Shown here in pieces: positions 9,963-19,526 of a stretch of 64,000 nucleotides of DNA. A program made the position numbers and the translations under genes. This DNA comes from a bacterium. GTDB taxonomy: Bacteria; Zhuqueibacterota; QNDG01; DSAB01. The DNA lies in NCBI GenBank assembly GCA_011388275.1, contig DSAB01000121.1, positions 123,579-187,578 on the forward strand. Direction: 5' to 3'. Position 1 is the first letter of the stretch. Each line of letters starts with the position of its first letter. The notes beneath the pieces are model-generated. The model did not search any database. It had not been told where the DNA came from and saw only the letters and a list, made by a program, of their open reading frames with translations.

Positions 9963-11504
9963 ATGGAGCCCGCATGTATGTCCCGGCTTCGATCTCAAAA
10001 TATGTTTCAGGCTTCTCTGATCCTGGTGGGAGCGGCTCTTTTCAGCCGTATGACGGGTTTTATTCGCGAGATGGTTATTGCCCATCGCTTCGGGACAAGC
10101 ATCGATTATGATGTTTTCCTCGTGGCGGTATCCATACCCATCGCATTATGCAACACCCTTCTGTTCGCCCTGCCGAGCGGCTTGATTCCCTGGTATCTGT
10201 CGGAAAAGAAGCGGATCGAACGGGATGTTCCTTCCATGTTTCTGGCAAAGGCCGTTTTGTTTTTCGGTGTTTTACTGTTTCTGATCAGCCTGTTCATACT
10301 GGTCCTGGCGCCGGTGATACTGAGATATTATGCACCGGCGTTTGGAGAACATGAAATGTACCAGGGTGTGTTTTTCCTTCGAATGACGAGCTGCATCGTG
10401 TTTTTTGGCGGCTTGTTCGCACTGATGCGAAGTTTCATGCATGCGGAAAATCATTTTCTTGTACCCGCGCTGGCGCCGCTGCTGTTGAATGGAGCTGTTA
10501 TCTTTTTTGTACTGCACCTGTCCGGTCATGCCGGAATCCGTGCATTGGGGTGGGGTGTGGTTGCCGGATACGGCCTGCAGGCTGCCGTGGCTTTTTTCTT
10601 TACTGTCCGGCATATTCTGCGCCGTTCCGGGCCTCAAACACAATCGCCGGTTTTGCATGCCGCTTTTCAAAGTGTGCTGTTTGTACTGTTCATTGAGGTG
10701 ATGGGACAGATGGTTGTCATCATCGACAGAGCTTTTCACGGATCCGTGACAACCGGATCCATTGCCGCCCTGAATTTCGCGGGCACCCTGTGTCAGGTTC
10801 CTATTGGTATTCTGGGCATAACACTGGGCACCGCCATTTTCCCTGCCATTTCACGCATGGCTGTGGACGGGGATTATATTGAATTGGGCCGGGTCGTAAA
10901 TACAGGCATGAAAACCGTTTTATTTGTAACGCTGCCAGTGGCTCTGTTTATGATGATTTTTGCGGATCCAATTATTGCGCTGTTTTTTCAAAGAGGGGCG
11001 TTTACCGTTGAATCCAAAAACTTGACCGCCGGAGCCTTTGTGTGGCTGAGTTTTTCCGTCCCATTTCTGGCTGCGCACGCGGTACTGATAAAAACCTTCT
11101 ATGCCATGAAAATACGGCATGTCCTTGTTCTGGTGACTCTGGGCGGTCTGGCGGGCAAGGTGCTTTTAAGTCATTGGCTTGTGATTCCATTTCAGCATCG
11201 CGGGTTGGCTATGGCCACGGCATTGGCTTCCTCTTTATTGGTGATATGTATGCTGGCCTTTTTACAGAAGAAAATCCGGCCTTTTGATATTCGAGTATGG
11301 GCGAGCTTTTTACTCAGAATGGTTTTAACCGCCATGCTGGCCGTATTGGGTGCTCGAATCGGTATCTATCCTTATTTGGGTCAAAAGCTGTATGTCGCCT
11401 TGCCTGGTAGTCTCCTGGCTGCGGGGATTATTTTTATCATGCTTCATGTGTGGATGAAAACCGACGCACTCTATTTTATGATTCACCGAATGAGAAAGAC
11501 ATGA
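9963..11504 (+). CDS. MurJ/MviN-family (MOP superfamily) flippase
   Basis: N-terminus ...SLILVGAALFSRMTGFIREMVIAHRFG is the MurJ hallmark. Roughly 14 TM. The exact start (9963, 9978 or 10002) is uncertain. Confidence 0.75.
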   Translation: MEPACMSRLRSQNMFQASLILVGAALFSRMTGFIREMVIAHRFGTSIDYDVFLVAVSIPIALCNTLLFALPSGLIPWYLSEKKRIERDVPSMFLAKAVLFFGVLLFLISLFILVLAPVILRYYAPAFGEHEMYQGVFFLRMTSCIVFFGGLFALMRSFMHAENHFLVPALAPLLLNGAVIFFVLHLSGHAGIRALGWGVVAGYGLQAAVAFFFTVRHILRRSGPQTQSPVLHAAFQSVLFVLFIEVMGQMVVIIDRAFHGSVTTGSIAALNFAGTLCQVPIGILGITLGTAIFPAISRMAVDGDYIELGRVVNTGMKTVLFVTLPVALFMMIFADPIIALFFQRGAFTVESKNLTAGAFVWLSFSVPFLAAHAVLIKTFYAMKIRHVLVLVTLGGLAGKVLLSHWLVIPFQHRGLAMATALASSLLVICMLAFLQKKIRPFDIRVWASFLLRMVLTAMLAVLGARIGIYPYLGQKLYVALPGSLLAAGIIFIMLHVWMKTDALYFMIHRMRKT

Positions 11505-12868
11505 ACGTTCAACAGATTCAGGATTCCCGTATTCCGATGGCATGTCTGGCTCTTCCATTTGTATTGGTTGAGATTATACTGATCTTCGCAGGCTTGTATG
11601 TCTCAATTTGGCTGATTCCTTCAGGTCTGGCCGTTCTGGCCCTGGTGTGGTGGATCGTTCCGGAGCCCCGGCGTGTGATCTGCCTTTGGATTTCAGCGGT
11701 TCCTCTGCTGCCGCTCCTGCCTGCGGATCTGCGCCCTGCGGTGCTGGCCGGGTTTACCGGGCTGGTGCTGATGACGGTTTGGGGAGGTTGGTTGACAGGG
11801 GAGAGGAGAGAGAACAACGTTTCGATGCCCCGGCCTGTCGGTCGGTTCATACTCATCTATATGGGAATTTCTCTGGCCGCCTGTTTATTTTCGGTGGATC
11901 CCGCAATCAGCTTGAGAGAGTGGCTGACCCATGGGCTGATCTGGGTTTTCTTTTTCGGAGTGTTCCGAATGATCGATAAAAACAGTTTGCCATTCATGGC
12001 CGGAGCCTTGATGGCTTCCACGGTTTTGATGCTGATTGCCGCGACACCCGATTTGATTTCAGGGCGATTTCTGTTCGCGTTTGGCGATCAGCGACTCGGA
12101 TCTTTTTATGAAAATCCCAACAATTTCGCCGTTCCCTTTATTGTCAGTATTCCGCTGTTTGCTTCCGCGGTCATGCAGGGGCCCTATAAAGGGAAAACCC
12201 GAATGGGCCTGGGGGTTCTGTTGGGTGCTTCACTCATTTGTGTCCTGATCACCAACTCCAGATCGGCTTATCTCTCTGTTGCGGTTTCTCTGTCTGTGAT
12301 TTTCGCTTTTTCACCCAAAGGACGGTGGATATGGTTTTCAGGTGTCGCGCTGGCATCTTCAATGACCATGCTCTTTTTTGGCAAAGAGATCCTGTTTCTG
12401 CTCAGGCTCGGCCAGGGTCTGACCGGCCGGGGCTATCTGTGGAGAGCGGCCTGGCGCATGATGATGGACCATCCTTTCGGGACCGGACCGGGCACCTATG
12501 AGCAGATGAAAGGCGCCTACATTTTACCCGCCGACTGGATCGCGAAAATCACTCATTCCAGCACACTGCCCGGGGCGGCTCACAATCTGTATCTGACCTG
12601 GGGAGCCGAACTGGGGCTGCTCACGGCCGTTGTGCTTACCGTCTGTCTGGCCGGAATGACTATTCGCTGGTTTCGAATCCGTTCATTGGTATGCTCAAAG
12701 AGCAATATCTGGCTGTTCTCCGGTGCCCTGGCGATTCTTTGCGGGCTTTTCGCGCGTGCGTGGTTTGAGAGCGGTGTTATTATCAATGATTTCAGTGACA
12801 GTCTGTATTTTCTTCTGCCGATATGGATATTGACGGTTCTGGAATCCGACAGAGAGCCGTCATCCTAG
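11501..12868 (+). CDS. O-antigen ligase / Wzy-like polymerase membrane protein
   Basis: Polytopic membrane protein with a Wzy_C-like block VLITNSRSAYLSVAVSLSVIF and a periplasmic loop. The start (ATGA) overlaps the MurJ stop. Confidence 0.6.
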   Translation: MNVQQIQDSRIPMACLALPFVLVEIILIFAGLYVSIWLIPSGLAVLALVWWIVPEPRRVICLWISAVPLLPLLPADLRPAVLAGFTGLVLMTVWGGWLTGERRENNVSMPRPVGRFILIYMGISLAACLFSVDPAISLREWLTHGLIWVFFFGVFRMIDKNSLPFMAGALMASTVLMLIAATPDLISGRFLFAFGDQRLGSFYENPNNFAVPFIVSIPLFASAVMQGPYKGKTRMGLGVLLGASLICVLITNSRSAYLSVAVSLSVIFAFSPKGRWIWFSGVALASSMTMLFFGKEILFLLRLGQGLTGRGYLWRAAWRMMMDHPFGTGPGTYEQMKGAYILPADWIAKITHSSTLPGAAHNLYLTWGAELGLLTAVVLTVCLAGMTIRWFRIRSLVCSKSNIWLFSGALAILCGLFARAWFESGVIINDFSDSLYFLLPIWILTVLESDREPSS

Positions 12869-12882
12869 AGCAAGGTGTTCGC

Positions 12883-14697
12883 ATGCCGGGTTTTCACTTC
12901 GTCCATTGTCATCAATCCGGGTTTTCGCGCAAGCTGGAAGAGCGGGCCCTGAGGGGGTGCTTGCATTCCGATGATTATGAAGTGCGCTGTCTGGCAAAAA
13001 CGAATACGGCCCGTCTCTTTGTTTCCGCTTATAACGGGTATCCTGTTCGATCATGGGAAGATGACCGGGTTCGGGTTTATATGGAAGGGCATGTTTATGG
13101 CTTGACGGAATCGGATCTTCGCGAACAGATCCTTCGTCTGGCTCGGGATGTGCTTTCCGGAACACCTTCCGGACGGCTCGAAAGATGGCTGCGCGGCACA
13201 GACGGTGAATTTCTTCTGATTATTCATGACAAAAAGAATCTGAGCTGGTTTGTTCTCAATGATGCTCTGGCCCATTTGCCCGTGTACTATTATGCGACGG
13301 CCGACCGAATGATTCTGTCGAGAGAGATGGGTTTTCTGCTTTCATGTGAACCTGACACGGATATGGATCCCCTTTCTGCGGCCCTGTATGCACTTTTTAT
13401 CTTTACGCCGGGAACCCGGACGCTGTTCAGGAATATTCGACGGATGGCTCCGGGCTCCCTGATTCGGGTCGATCCCGGCGGGCGGTGGCGCTTTCAGAGG
13501 GTGGTCGAATGGAATTTTGAAACATCGGCTGAATACCGCATGGACTGGATTGATCAACTGACCGGGCTCTTTCGTGAGACATGCGATGCCATGCGAAACA
13601 TCTCTTCAGGCGGAAGGCGGATAATCAGCCTGAGCGGGGGAATCGATTCACGGGCCGTGATCGCGGGCCTGCTGCCGGATCCGCAGCTGCACAGCGAAAC
13701 ATTTTTAGATAAAGAGAAAACCGCTGTTCGGGATGTACGGGTGGCTTCGCGTGTGGCACGCTGGGCGGGTTCCCCGTGGAGCCTGACCCCTCTTTCTCCG
13801 GTCAGGGCCGAGGACCTGAATAAACTGATGGATTTAAAAAAGGGAATGTGCTCTTTTGGCATGGGTTTCATTCTTTCCTTTTTCCAATCCATTCGAGAAC
13901 GTTATGGCTCAAAAGTTCTGTTTTTCACCGGCAATACCGGCATGCTTTTAAGGCATTACGGACTTCCGGCCGACATCGACGATTCGGCGAAACTGTCAGA
14001 ATATATTCTTTCCCGTCATCATCAGCTTCCCATGGACATGGTTGCTGCATGGACCGGAATATCCCCTGCGGCAGTCAGAGAAAAACTGACGGAAATTGTG
14101 GACAGGTATCCGGAAAATTCCCTGGAGGGGAAATATCTCCACTTCATCATGACCGGAAAAGGGATGATCTGGCATTATGAAAACGCGGATCTGGCCCGTT
14201 ATTATTTTTGGCCGTGCGCTCCCCTGGAATCCACGCGTTTCTATCAGATGGCTTCACGTATTCCTCAAAGCATGAAAAAAGATTATCAATTATACCGATG
14301 TTTTATCGGCCACCTGAATCCGGATGCCGGCCGTATACCGGACGCCAACACGGGCCTGGCGTTCTCGGCCGCTCTTTTTCCGTTGATCTATGGCGCCGAA
14401 CAGCGAATGGTTTCGGCCTTGTCCCGATACTCCAGGTTGATGCTGAAAGCCAGGAGATTGTGGACTCATAAAGGAAGATCGAGAGTCGAATCAGAGGCAC
14501 GAAAATGTATGGAAGAACAACTGAAGTCAATGATAACACACTCCGGTTCGGTTGAGGTTCTCGGCCGTTTCCTGCGTGGGGGAGGGGGCATTTCAAAGTT
14601 TCAGATTGAACTGCTGCTTACCCTCGCCAGTGTCAGGGAGATGATTGAAGGAAGGCCGATCAGCCTGGAACGGTATTTTGGACGGGAAATGCATTGA
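12883..14697 (+). CDS. asparagine synthase B-like amidotransferase (PP-loop), N-terminal nucleophile Cys apparently absent
   Basis: LSGGIDSRAVIAGLL matches the AsnB SGGLDSS PP-loop. The N-terminal domain aligns by eye to the class II glutaminase domain (DGEFLLIIHDKKN...LNDALAHLPVYY), but the protein begins MPGFHF rather than MC. Confidence 0.75.
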   Translation: MPGFHFVHCHQSGFSRKLEERALRGCLHSDDYEVRCLAKTNTARLFVSAYNGYPVRSWEDDRVRVYMEGHVYGLTESDLREQILRLARDVLSGTPSGRLERWLRGTDGEFLLIIHDKKNLSWFVLNDALAHLPVYYYATADRMILSREMGFLLSCEPDTDMDPLSAALYALFIFTPGTRTLFRNIRRMAPGSLIRVDPGGRWRFQRVVEWNFETSAEYRMDWIDQLTGLFRETCDAMRNISSGGRRIISLSGGIDSRAVIAGLLPDPQLHSETFLDKEKTAVRDVRVASRVARWAGSPWSLTPLSPVRAEDLNKLMDLKKGMCSFGMGFILSFFQSIRERYGSKVLFFTGNTGMLLRHYGLPADIDDSAKLSEYILSRHHQLPMDMVAAWTGISPAAVREKLTEIVDRYPENSLEGKYLHFIMTGKGMIWHYENADLARYYFWPCAPLESTRFYQMASRIPQSMKKDYQLYRCFIGHLNPDAGRIPDANTGLAFSAALFPLIYGAEQRMVSALSRYSRLMLKARRLWTHKGRSRVESEARKCMEEQLKSMITHSGSVEVLGRFLRGGGGISKFQIELLLTLASVREMIEGRPISLERYFGREMH

Positions 14698-15821
14698 TGT
14701 CGCTTGCCTATACAAACCAGGGAAGCCGAAGCGAAAAAAATATCCGCTGGATCTACATTGCCCATACATTCGGCATGCCGCGGACCGGTGGAGAACGATA
14801 CAACCATCTGTTGATTGAAACCATACAAAGGACCGGCCAGGATGTGCGCATCCTGACGGATGAGGCGATTCCCCGATTCTGGCGGTCTCATTTTATTCTA
14901 TACAACTTCTGGTACTGTACGCATTGGCGGAAGTTTCGGGGATGCCGGCTGATTGTCGATCATTACATGTTCCCCCGATTGGTCCTGTTTTTATATTGGC
15001 TCAAGAAACGCACATCGGTGTCCGTTGTCGGCATTGTCCATCACCTTTATTGGAACTGGTTTTATTCCGGGCCGCGGTTTTTATCTGCTTTCATGAAGAA
15101 AGCGGAGGCATGTTTCATACGCCGGTTCAACTGTCTGCTGGTGCCCAGTCACTGCACCCTTCAGTCCATTGCCGACATTGTTGACCCTCCTCCGGTTGCG
15201 GGGATCATTCCGCCTGGGACGGATCGTGAATTCCGGGGGGAATTAACCCGCGGGTCAACACCCAAAAGTGATCAATGCCGGTTGCTGTATGTGGGAATGC
15301 TGCATCGCCGCAAGGGCATCGATGCTCTCCTTCGGGCAATGTGTTTGCTTCCGGCGGCGATAAGCCTTACTGCAGCAGGCCAGGGCCATCGCCGCTATGA
15401 GAAATGGCTTCGCCGAAAGGTGAAAAGATGGAGTATTGAAGACAGAATTCGATTCAAAGGGCATTTAAACAGTCAGGAACTGGACCGCCTGTACAGGCAG
15501 GCCGATGTATTCGTACTTCCTTCGAGGCATGAAGGATTCGGCATTTCCCTGGTGGAGGCCATGAGAGCCGGTCTGCCTGTTGTGGCATCACGGATCTGTA
15601 CTCTGTCCGAACTGACCGATGAGGGCCGAAGCGCGTTGCTCGTCCCGCCCGGCGATGTCCGCCGGCTCGCAGATGCCATTTGCCGCCTTTGTGCGGACGA
15701 CGATTTGAGAATTCGTATGGGCGAAGCCGGCCGCAAGCGCGCGCAAGCCACTTTGACATGGAAGCAGGTCGAGTCGGAGTTTGAAGCAATGATACAAAAA
15801 TGGAAAGGGATGTTTTTGTGA
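14694..15821 (+). CDS. glycosyltransferase family 4 (GT-B)
   Basis: FVLPSRHEGFGISLVEAMRAGLPVVASRI is the classic GT4 EX7E region. Start overlaps the upstream stop (ATGA). Confidence 0.8.
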   Translation: MMSLAYTNQGSRSEKNIRWIYIAHTFGMPRTGGERYNHLLIETIQRTGQDVRILTDEAIPRFWRSHFILYNFWYCTHWRKFRGCRLIVDHYMFPRLVLFLYWLKKRTSVSVVGIVHHLYWNWFYSGPRFLSAFMKKAEACFIRRFNCLLVPSHCTLQSIADIVDPPPVAGIIPPGTDREFRGELTRGSTPKSDQCRLLYVGMLHRRKGIDALLRAMCLLPAAISLTAAGQGHRRYEKWLRRKVKRWSIEDRIRFKGHLNSQELDRLYRQADVFVLPSRHEGFGISLVEAMRAGLPVVASRICTLSELTDEGRSALLVPPGDVRRLADAICRLCADDDLRIRMGEAGRKRAQATLTWKQVESEFEAMIQKWKGMFL

Positions 15822-16939
15822 GACTGTGTTATATCGGCGATGCCATGAATCCGCATATTCAGAAATGGACTTCCTCGTTGGCTCGCCGGGGACATGACGT
15901 GCATCTGATCACATGCCGGCCTCGGTCGATCCCCGGTGTTACGATTCATCCGGTTCGTATTTTCTGGCCGACACGTATCTGTGCCACGGCCTCTCTTTTT
16001 TCCCGTCTCGGATATTTGACCTGTGTTCCGGCGGTTCGGCAAACCGTTCGTCGAATCACTCCGGATATTCTCCATGCCCATTATTCTACGTCGTACGGAC
16101 TCATGGGGGCTGCCGCTGGATTTCATCCGTTCATTATCTCCACCTGGGGAAGTGATATTTTCGCATTTCCGCGCCGTTCCCGCGTTTTTGCCGCTCTGCT
16201 TGGAAAAATACTGTCCCGTGCCGACGCGGTGACGGCCACAAGCCGCATGCTGACCGAAGAGACGGCCCGATACATGGGCAAGACAGGAATCGTCGAGACG
16301 ATCCCATTCGGGGTGGATATCGAACGGTTTACGCCGCGGCGTCGCCAAAACTCAAAAAAGCCGGTAACCATTGGGATTGTCAAAACGTTGGAAAAAAAAT
16401 ACGGGATCGAGCTGCTGATCCGGGCTTTTGCGCAAATTCATGCAAGGCATCCTGAAGCGTCTCTTATGATTGTCGGTGACGGAGGGGAATACAAGCCACT
16501 GAAAGCTTTGAGTCAAAACCTGGGGCTGTCGGCAAAGATTCGCTTTTGCGGTTTTGTTGAGAACCCTGATGTGCCTGATCTGTTGAACCGGATGGATATT
16601 TTTGCCGTCCCTTCCGTGTCTCCTTCGGAGACATTCGGTGTGGCCGCTGTGGAAGCATCGGCTTGCGGGCTTCCGGTCGTGGCATCCCGAATCGGCGGGC
16701 TGCCGGAGGTCGTTTGTGACGGCAAGACGGGTCTTCTGATTCCTTCCGGCGATGTGGATGCATTGGCACGGGCTTTGGAGCAATTGATCATGGATCCCGA
16801 TCTGAGAAAAAGACTGGGGGATGCAGGCCGCGGGTTTGTTGTTGAAAAATACCCATGGAAGGAAAGTGTCCGCCGTATGGAGACTCTCTATATTCGCTTG
16901 GTAAACAGCGGTCGCCGTGTTTCGAGGAAATTACAATGA
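15800..16939 (+). CDS. glycosyltransferase family 4 (GT-B)
   Basis: FAVPSVSPSETFGVAAVEASACGLPVVASRIGGLPEVV and an N-terminal ...LARRGHDVHLIT segment. The true start may be the GTG at about 15818. Confidence 0.8.
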   Translation: MERDVFVRLCYIGDAMNPHIQKWTSSLARRGHDVHLITCRPRSIPGVTIHPVRIFWPTRICATASLFSRLGYLTCVPAVRQTVRRITPDILHAHYSTSYGLMGAAAGFHPFIISTWGSDIFAFPRRSRVFAALLGKILSRADAVTATSRMLTEETARYMGKTGIVETIPFGVDIERFTPRRRQNSKKPVTIGIVKTLEKKYGIELLIRAFAQIHARHPEASLMIVGDGGEYKPLKALSQNLGLSAKIRFCGFVENPDVPDLLNRMDIFAVPSVSPSETFGVAAVEASACGLPVVASRIGGLPEVVCDGKTGLLIPSGDVDALARALEQLIMDPDLRKRLGDAGRGFVVEKYPWKESVRRMETLYIRLVNSGRRVSRKLQ

Positions 16940-18066
16940 TTGTTCTGTGGTGGGCGGCAGCGATCCTTTTATTTCTTTCGTTTGCCGGATATCCTCTTTT
17001 TCTTCTCGTTTTCGTCAGGAAAGTAGAGAGGCATGACTGTCCTTCTGACTATCAGCCGCATGTCAGCCTCATTATTCCGGCCCGGAACGAGGCCGGAGTC
17101 ATTGAGGCCAAACTTTGCAACACCCTGGCTCTTGAATATCCTCGAGACCGACTCGAGATTTGGGTGGTTTCCGACGGATCTGTGGATGATACCGATTCGA
17201 TTATTCGCCGATTCGAGTCCGAAGGCGTCAATAAAATTCGTTTTGAGGAGAGCCGGGGAAAAACCGAAGCTCAGAATGAAGCCGTACGCAGAAGCCGCAA
17301 TGAAATCCTCCTGTTTTCCGATGCCAATGCCATGTATGATCAACAGGCGGTACGAAAGCTGACACGTCATTTTTATCATTCCGATGTGGGATGTGTCTCC
17401 GGGCAGCTTCTCTATGAGCGGCTGGGAGGCCCTCCGGACATAGAAGAAACCGTGTATTGGCGTTATGAAAAAGGGTTGAAAAAACTGGAAAACCGGATCG
17501 AGGCGATTCCCGGAGTCAATGGGTCGATCTATGCTGTCAGACGCTCTGATTATGTTTTCCTTGAACCGGATATTATCAGTGATTTTATTGAGCCTCTGGA
17601 GATTGCCCGTAAGGGGAAAAAAGTGGTCTATGAACCGGAGGCCCTTTCCATCGAGCCTCCGCCGGTCAATCTCTGTCAGGAATTCAGACGAAAAAGAAGA
17701 ATCGTCAGCCGGTCTGTGCGCAGCCTGCTTTCACACAGGCATTTGATGAATCCATTTCAGCATCCGATGATTGCCGCATCCCTCTTTTTTCATAAAGTCC
17801 TGCGGTGGATGAGTCCTCTCATCATGCTCGTTCTTTTTGCCGCAACCCTGAGTCTTTTTAGCGGCGGACGATTTCGGATTGCCTTGATACTCCAGATTTT
17901 GTTCCTTTTTCTGGGGGCTCTTGGTTTTCTCTTTCGGAATAAAAGGGAAATCCCGACTTGGATTTTTGTTCCATATTATGTATTATTACTGGGTGCGGCG
18001 TCCCTTCTGGGAATGTATGATGCTTTTACGGGAAGAGCTCCGCAGGTCTGGACACCATCCCGCTGA
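16936..18066 (+). CDS. membrane-anchored glycosyltransferase family 2 (synthase-like topology)
   Basis: N-terminal TM, IIPARNEAGVIEAKL and VVSDGSVDDT (DXD-type GT-A), and three or four C-terminal TM helices. Start MIVLWW overlaps the upstream stop (ATGA). Confidence 0.75.
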   Translation: MIVLWWAAAILLFLSFAGYPLFLLVFVRKVERHDCPSDYQPHVSLIIPARNEAGVIEAKLCNTLALEYPRDRLEIWVVSDGSVDDTDSIIRRFESEGVNKIRFEESRGKTEAQNEAVRRSRNEILLFSDANAMYDQQAVRKLTRHFYHSDVGCVSGQLLYERLGGPPDIEETVYWRYEKGLKKLENRIEAIPGVNGSIYAVRRSDYVFLEPDIISDFIEPLEIARKGKKVVYEPEALSIEPPPVNLCQEFRRKRRIVSRSVRSLLSHRHLMNPFQHPMIAASLFFHKVLRWMSPLIMLVLFAATLSLFSGGRFRIALILQILFLFLGALGFLFRNKREIPTWIFVPYYVLLLGAASLLGMYDAFTGRAPQVWTPSR

Positions 18067-18083
18067 AAAAGCGTGAGGCCCTT

Positions 18084-19526
18084 ATGTCTCGCTGGACGGA
18101 AAGATTGCTGCTTGCGGGAACGGATTTTATTATGATCCATGCCGCGTTCTTTCTGTGGATGGAAACGAATGGAAGGACTTTCACCCTTACTTCCGAGGCT
18201 TTGCGAGAAATCCTTCCCGTGTCGGCCGGTATTTATATTTACTGGCTGGCCCTGTTCGGCTTTTTTGGACTGTATCGGTCTTTTATTCTTTCCAGAACCG
18301 ACGAACTGATCAATCTTATCAAGACAGTGACGGTGGGGGTTTTTGTCATTTTCCTGCTTACTTTCGATATCGAGAAGGGCAGCGGCCATCCACTGGAAAT
18401 GAACCGGTATCGTGTGCTGATCTATTGGTGCCTGATGTGGGGATTGACAGGGGCCGGACGCATGGCATATCGAACGGTGATTCGGAAACTGCTTGAGAAG
18501 GGTATAGGCCGCCGCAAGACTCTGATCGTCGGGGTTGGAGAAAATGCAGGAACCCTGTACCATGACGTTCAGCAGGCACCGGCATTGGGATACGAAATAG
18601 TCGGATTTATTCAAACTGAAGGAGATCCGGTCCCTGCCGAATGGGACAAGCCGGTTTTGGGAACACTTTCCCGGCTTCATAAAATTATCGAGCAGTCAGG
18701 CATACAGGTCGTGCTTATTGCCGTTACACGGAAGTCGGTTCGTCTTCTGGAAGAAATCGTGTCTCAGTGTGACGGGCTGCCCGTGAGCATGAAAATTGTC
18801 CCCGATCTTTATGACGTCATCGTCGGGCAGGCCCGTACCCATCAGATTTATGGTTTCCCGTTGATCGAGATACTGCCTCAGTTGATGCAGCCGTGGGAGC
18901 GGGCCGTCAAGCGGCTGATCGATATTGTACTTTCGCTGATGATTCTTGTCGGATTTTTTCCTCTTTGGGTCGTTGTGGCGCTTGTTATTCCCCTGGATTC
19001 AAGAGGTTCTGTTTTCTATTTGCAGGAGAGGGTGGGGCGCGGGGGGCGTGTTTATAAAATGATTAAATTCCGGTCCATGGTAGAGGGTGCTGAAAAAATG
19101 ACCGGTCCGGTCTGGGCCACTTATAACGATCCCCGGGTGACGCGTTTTGGCCGGCTTTTGCGTCGATTCCGCCTGGATGAGATCCCTCAGCTCATCAATG
19201 TACTGAAAGGAGATATGTCATGGGTCGGCCCACGGCCTGAGAGGCCCTATTTTGTCAGGAAGTTTCAGAAGCAGATTCCCTTGTACAGCCGCCGGCTCCG
19301 CGTTCGGCCCGGAATTACGGGATGGGCGCAGGTGATGGGTCAATACGATCAGTCACTGGAACATGTCAAGCAGAAGCTCGCTTATGATTTGTTTTATCTG
19401 GAGAACATGTCTCTTCGAATGGATCTGAAAATTGCATTAAATACACTGTATGTCATGCTGTCCGGATCGGGATTTAAAAAGAATGAAACTGAAAGGGAGA
19501 ATGAAAATGACCATTCCCATGGTTGA
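18084..19526 (+). CDS. polyprenyl-phosphate sugar-1-phosphate transferase (priming glycosyltransferase, WbaP/EpsL type)
   Basis: Several N-terminal TM helices, then the Bac_transf domain: KRLIDIVLSLMILVGFFPLWVVVALVIPLDSRGSVFYLQERVGRGGRVYKMIKFRSM...DEIPQLINVLKGDMSWVGPRPERP. Confidence 0.85.
   Translation: MSRWTERLLLAGTDFIMIHAAFFLWMETNGRTFTLTSEALREILPVSAGIYIYWLALFGFFGLYRSFILSRTDELINLIKTVTVGVFVIFLLTFDIEKGSGHPLEMNRYRVLIYWCLMWGLTGAGRMAYRTVIRKLLEKGIGRRKTLIVGVGENAGTLYHDVQQAPALGYEIVGFIQTEGDPVPAEWDKPVLGTLSRLHKIIEQSGIQVVLIAVTRKSVRLLEEIVSQCDGLPVSMKIVPDLYDVIVGQARTHQIYGFPLIEILPQLMQPWERAVKRLIDIVLSLMILVGFFPLWVVVALVIPLDSRGSVFYLQERVGRGGRVYKMIKFRSMVEGAEKMTGPVWATYNDPRVTRFGRLLRRFRLDEIPQLINVLKGDMSWVGPRPERPYFVRKFQKQIPLYSRRLRVRPGITGWAQVMGQYDQSLEHVKQKLAYDLFYLENMSLRMDLKIALNTLYVMLSGSGFKKNETERENENDHSHG

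Noticed and set aside
12669-12680. tRNA T-loop-like string GGTTTCGAATCC
   Set aside because: It lies inside the Wzy-like CDS, with no flanking acceptor stem, D-arm or anticodon arm. No intergenic gap of suitable size shows cloverleaf potential, so no tRNA genes are called in the window.
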